From: Octopus sinensis
Taxonomy: Eukaryota
Reading direction: 5' to 3'
DNA length: 11,908 nucleotides
Assembly: GCF_006345805.1 (NCBI RefSeq)
Contig: NW_021826801.1
Span: 1 to 11,908 of the forward strand
The position numbers and the translations under genes were made by a program. Positions 7,579-11,908 of the stretch are shown here, one piece after another (the first letter of the stretch is position 1; the number at the start of each line of letters is the position of its first letter). The notes under the pieces were generated by a model. The model ran no database searches. It had not been told where the DNA came from and worked only from the letters and a program-made list of their open reading frames with translations.

Positions 7579-8426
7579 CAGAAAAAATGCATTAACTTGT
7601 AAAAATCCACCTTTTTGTGATGTTGGTGCAATGCGATATAGCAAGAGAGTAGACACGCAGAAAAACAGAGAGTATCAAAGACTTCATTTTACTAAATGTC
7701 TCCTACTGATAAATTTTAGTTTTATTTGGTCCTTTTTTAATTCTTCGTGATTTTTAATAGATTTCTTTTGATAGATAAATCAAAATAAAGATGGAGTAAA
7801 CAAATTCAAAAAGGTATAAAAAAACAATATAAAAATGTCAAATTATAAGAGATTGAGTTTGAAGGAATAAAATCAAAATAAATGATAAAAATGATAAAAT
7901 TTCAAATTCTGAAATCAGGAAATGAAAGTTCATAATGATTTATTCCTTACAAATCAAATTAAATAAGAATGTAGCAACAACACATAAACTACTAACCAAC
8001 TAAGCCAACCACGTGTATCAGCGTGTTATAATTTATTAGGCTTACCTTTAAAAATAGGTTAACCATAGGTAATAATTTTAATTTTTTTTATATTGGAGAG
8101 CCTCAATACATCCGTCCCCTCTTCCACGTGCAAACGACATTATGAATGTTTGAACATGAAAACTAATACGATTCCTAAAAATTGGTTTTCTCTTATTATT
8201 GATATTATATTTTTAATTTTTTATGGCCTTCAACACACTATTGTTTAAATATTTAACTCCACTTCAGCGGAAAATAGCATCTTAGAATATCCGCACCCTG
8301 CTGAGAATAACAACAGTTATATGATAAGTATGGCAACCAAAAGTCATTAAAGTCATATCAAAAAAGAATTGTTAGTTTATTATTTCCATCATTTTAAATT
8401 ATATTATCACTCCAGCTCGCTGATAT

Positions 8427-8843
8427 TCACTCTCTTCTCTTGGAAGAAGAGCATATTTTCAGCTGCCTCTTACTCCCCATTACCACATCTGATTCAACCA
8501 TTGCATCTTCTTTAGCATTCATTGGGTTGTCTTCACCTTTGCATGCCATCTCCACATACCGGTTGGAAGCAGAAGCGTATTCTTCACCAGATACCTTCAT
8601 TCCGTGCTTGTGTTCGATCATCATACTCTCGAGCGTTCTTTTCAGTACAACGGATTGGATGTATTTCCTCGTTCCTGCTTCAATAGATAGTTTCTTCATA
8701 TAATTTTTGAAGCATTTTGAGACAACTCCATCCCATGTCATAACCTCAGGAATTATTTTTACTTGACAGCTATACAGAAGCGAAAGCTCGCTTGCCAGTA
8801 GATCATACTTGTGACACTTTTCAACCTCCACTTGCTTGATGCG
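8427..8843 (-). mobile_element. 5'-truncated REL-type (R2/R4/NeSL group) non-LTR retrotransposon, C-terminal endonuclease region
   Basis: KQVEVEKCHKYDLLASEL....VKIIPEVMTWDGVV...YIQSVVLKRTLES: E.EK..KY..LA.EL..IIP motif that follows the PD-(D/E)xK core. Confidence 0.8.
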
Positions 8844-8845
8844 AA

Positions 8846-9467
8846 AAACTTAAAGAATATTTCAAAGGGAGTCAAATATTTTTAGTAATAGACGAAACCC
8901 AACATTCTTTAAAAATATGTGAACATTATTGCTGGGAAGATTGACAACCCAACCAATATTTATTTAATTGACTGTATTTGTGTTGAGACGTGTGATGCAA
9001 GTTCAATTTGTCAAACAATTGATGATTGCTTACGAAATTACCAAGTTGGGAGAAAAAACTTTGTTTTGTTGTTAACTGATGCTGCACCGTATATGATGTC
9101 AGCCGCAACTAGCATACGTATAATTTATCCGAATATGATTCACCTTAAAGCGAAGGAATAAAGAAATGTGAAGATAATTTTTATACTGTTAAAGATGCTA
9201 TTCAATGTATTAATTCTATCGACTTTGGGGAAGATCCATGTGAGATTGCACAATATTTAAAAAAAGAACAAATTCAATGCCATGGAATAGCATTCAAGAA
9301 GCTAATTTGAGAAATTTTCTTCTTGAATTATTCGTGTATTTATGGAAATGTCCGGGAACCACATTATCTGTCGAAAGAAGTTTCTCGATGCTAAATAAAC
9401 TTTTAGCAAAAACTTAAAGGATGAAAATATTAAACCTTATTTAATGTGTTATTTTAATAAATTTTAA
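8846..9467 (+). mobile_element. hAT-superfamily transposase relic (CGGBP1-like / DUF659 type), internally deleted
   Basis: IFLVIDET (first D), LLTDAAPYM (second D), SVERSFSML (E, dimerisation region). The sequence jumps near 9145 from YPNMIHL to the C-terminal region, losing the CxxH motif and insertion domain. Confidence 0.8.
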
Positions 9468-9481
9468 TTCTTAATGATATA

Positions 9482-10934
9482 CACCCCTCGTCACCGAAAA
9501 CCGGACAAGCCATTTTTTATGATTTTATTAATAAATACGAAAATCAAAAACTTACGCTTAATATTTTTACTTAATAATAATAATTGTGTAATAATTATTA
9601 ATTTTACTATTTTAGAACTAATATTTAAAGCAGAATTTCAATTACTTAAGACATGTAAAACCGGACAAAACTTTTATAGATCTAAAAGTCGTTGAAAAGA
9701 AGCTAAAATGTATAGTCAAAGAAGAAGTCACCTTTCAAATTTCCTGAAAGGACAATTATTGCATTTTATAATCATAATATGACTTATCGAATGATTTCTG
9801 CAAGTATAGGAGTCCCAAAATCAACTGTATCAGATGTGATTCAGAAATTCAAAAAACTGGATCAATTAACATACATCCGGGAACTGAAAGAAAGAAAATA
9901 TTGATAGAGGAAGAAATTTTGATTTTAGTAGAACTATCAAATAATACCCCTCATAAAAGTGCCAAAACTCTTAGCATCGAAATTAAAACTATGTTCAAAA
10001 AAAAATTTTAACAAGAATAGTATCTCGAATTTTAAATAAGAAAAGATTATATGGCCGAGCTGCTAAAAGAAAACCTCCTTTATCCACAAAAAATATAATT
10101 TTAAGACGTGAAATTACGAAATCATTTTTAAGCATTTCCGACGAGACATGGAAGTCGGTAATTTTTACTGATGAATGGTCTTTTGATATTTTTAATGTCA
10201 ATAAGCATCAAATAGTGTATAGAGAAAATGGTTCTGCATACAAAAATGCAATATTATCCCAACTGTAAAATTCGGTGGTGGAAAAGTAATGGTCTGGGGC
10301 AGTTTCTCGTATAACGGAGTCGGTAATTCTTGTTTTTTATTGATGAAATTCTTTATAGCGCAAAATATATTAATATTTTATCTAATAATATATTCGAATG
10401 TGCCAAAAAATTCGGGATAGACTCATTTATTTTACAACAGGATAATGCACCTTGCCATAAATCTAAAATGATACAAGATTATATAAAGAAAAAAACATTA
10501 TTTACTTCAATGGCCTGCTCGATCACCGGATCTAAACCCGATAGAACATCTATGGACAGAAATGCAGAGAGAATTATCAAAAAATGTAGTCAAAAACAAA
10601 AATGAAAAACGTTATAAAATTTTCAGTGCAAATGTGGACATATTAACTACTAAATGACTTGTTTTTATTTTGTCCGGTTTTACATGTCTTAAGTAAATTG
10701 AAATTCTGCTTTAAATATTAGTTCTATAATAGTATAATTAATAATTATTACACAATTATTATTATTAAGTAAAAATTTTTTTTTTTGAAAAACACTTTGA
10801 TATTTTTTTTTTTTTTGACAAACCAACCAATAATACAAGTTAATTAATTAAATATTAAGCTTAAGTTTTTGATTTTTCATATTTAATTAATAAAATCATC
10901 AAAAATAGCTTGTCCGGTTTTCAGTGACTAGATG
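9482..10934 (+). mobile_element. Tc1-family transposon with long IR-DR-type terminal inverted repeats
   Basis: TA|CACCCCTCGTCACCGAAAACCGGACAAGC at left. Left TIR 9482-9670 matches the reverse complement of 10668-10934, and each TIR carries outer and inner AAAACCGGACAA repeats. The right TIR has an insertion of about 80 nt and a degenerate tip. Confidence 0.9.
9708..10646 (+). pseudogene. Tc1 DD34E transposase (frameshifted, C-terminus shortened)
   Basis: HTH GVPKSTVSDVI, WKSVIFTDE, TVKFGGGKVMVWG, FILQQDNAPCH, WPARSPDLNPIEHLW. D-E spacing is 34 after restoring two homopolymer bases. Confidence 0.92.
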
Positions 10935-11019
10935 AAAAACTAAAAATAAGCAAATCTAAATATGTAAACACCATTTTTATTTGGAATTGTCACCTGCATC
11001 TAGGATGAGGTAAAAAATT

Positions 11020-11908
11020 GTTGAAAAAAACTGGCAACTCATGAAAAAAGAAAAGAATTCCGGAGGGACAATGTGTGTTTTGAACTTAACCGAAGGCAGT
11101 TTTACAGAAACTTGACTGAGAAAAAGAAAAATACGCAGTCTATGTTTGACCAGAGTCAGTGTCTCTCATTTCCGGATTGGAGCAAAACGCAAAAAGTCTG
11201 CAACTAATCTTGAAGGGTTGAGTGGCAAAGCTAAGCTGCTTGACGGAATTGATGGCTATCGTTACCTTGAAGTATTGGAAGACAAGGTTAGCAGGTTCTG
11301 AAGAATGACACGATGAACTCAATATCAAATCCAGTCGAGAAGAGATTTAATAGTCTGGCAGACTCGAAGCTGAATTCTGAAAATTTTTTCAAGCCTGTCA
11401 ATGAGCATGCATTATCGCTGTATAATTTCTACATCGGGCTCATTGATATCGAACCATGCGAATTTGAGAGCATCGACAAGAATGTGCGCAAGATTTTGAT
11501 ACGCCACCAAATACCATGAAATCTGGAAACAAACATAGACTTTATCTTTCAAGAGACCGACTAGGAAGAGGATTGGTTTCTGTGGTGCATAAAACCGAGC
11601 GAATGCTTCTTGAATTCCTCAAGGACATTAGATGAAGGCTTCCTATTGTTTGAGGAGAGAAGCAATCCTGAAGGCCGTCAGATTCAAGAAAACTCATATG
11701 CCCACTATCAAGGAATTCCTATGCAGAAAGTATCATTTGCAACTTCGGAAAGCCTCAAACTGAATGTTCTGAAGGATTTGCAAGGAAAGCACTTAATTTA
11801 AAGATATGAAAAAAGCCGCTTCACTAGATTTTGTTTAATTGCTATAATGATTTGTACGTGGATCTGAAGAATCGTCCTGGTGGTTATCTCATGAGAACAA
11901 CTCTCCAA
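11020..11908 (+). mobile_element. REL-type non-LTR retrotransposon relic with RT core deleted; runs off the window
   Basis: HEKRKEFRRDNVCFELNRRQFYRNL (pre-RT region) joined at about 11172 to GLE..KKSATN...YRYLEVLEDK (last RT motif), then KLNSENFFKPVNEHALSLYN and RLYLSRDRLGRGLVSV. Confidence 0.8.

Noticed and set aside
7750-8420. AT-rich stretch with short open frames
   Set aside because: No motif, repeat or RNA structure that I can support.
6400-8703. ORFs 6400-6684 (-), 6761-7008 (-) and 8440-8703 (+)
   Set aside because: Opposite-strand shadows of the integrase, LINE and REL fragments.

Overview
Eukaryotic, almost certainly animal, DNA in two contrasting halves. (1) About 125-3240 is compact gene territory. 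A + strand MAST-family AGC kinase gene (DUF1908-like region, kinase, AGC tail, PDZ) is cut by at least 13 very short GT-AG introns (23-29 nt), 7 of which start with an unusual GTTG donor. A possible second tiny-intron gene of unknown function lies on the - strand, tail-to-tail with it. (2) About 3350-11908 is an AT-rich set of degraded transposons: a CRE-like retroelement end, a composite non-autonomous Helitron with mini- and microsatellites, two tandem Ginger/KRBA2-like integrase relics, a LINE RT fragment, two REL-type non-LTR fragments, a CGGBP1-like hAT relic and a near-complete long-TIR Tc1 element. Several relics have lost their catalytic cores by internal deletion. Frequent 1-2 nt indels, mostly in homopolymer or dinucleotide runs, suggest an unpolished long-read sequence, so apparent frameshifts should not be read as pseudogenisation without checking. 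The host is not identifiable here. The tiny-intron, metazoan-kinase profile fits a reduced parasitic animal such as a dicyemid or myxozoan (inference). All translations and family assignments were made by eye, from recalled motifs.
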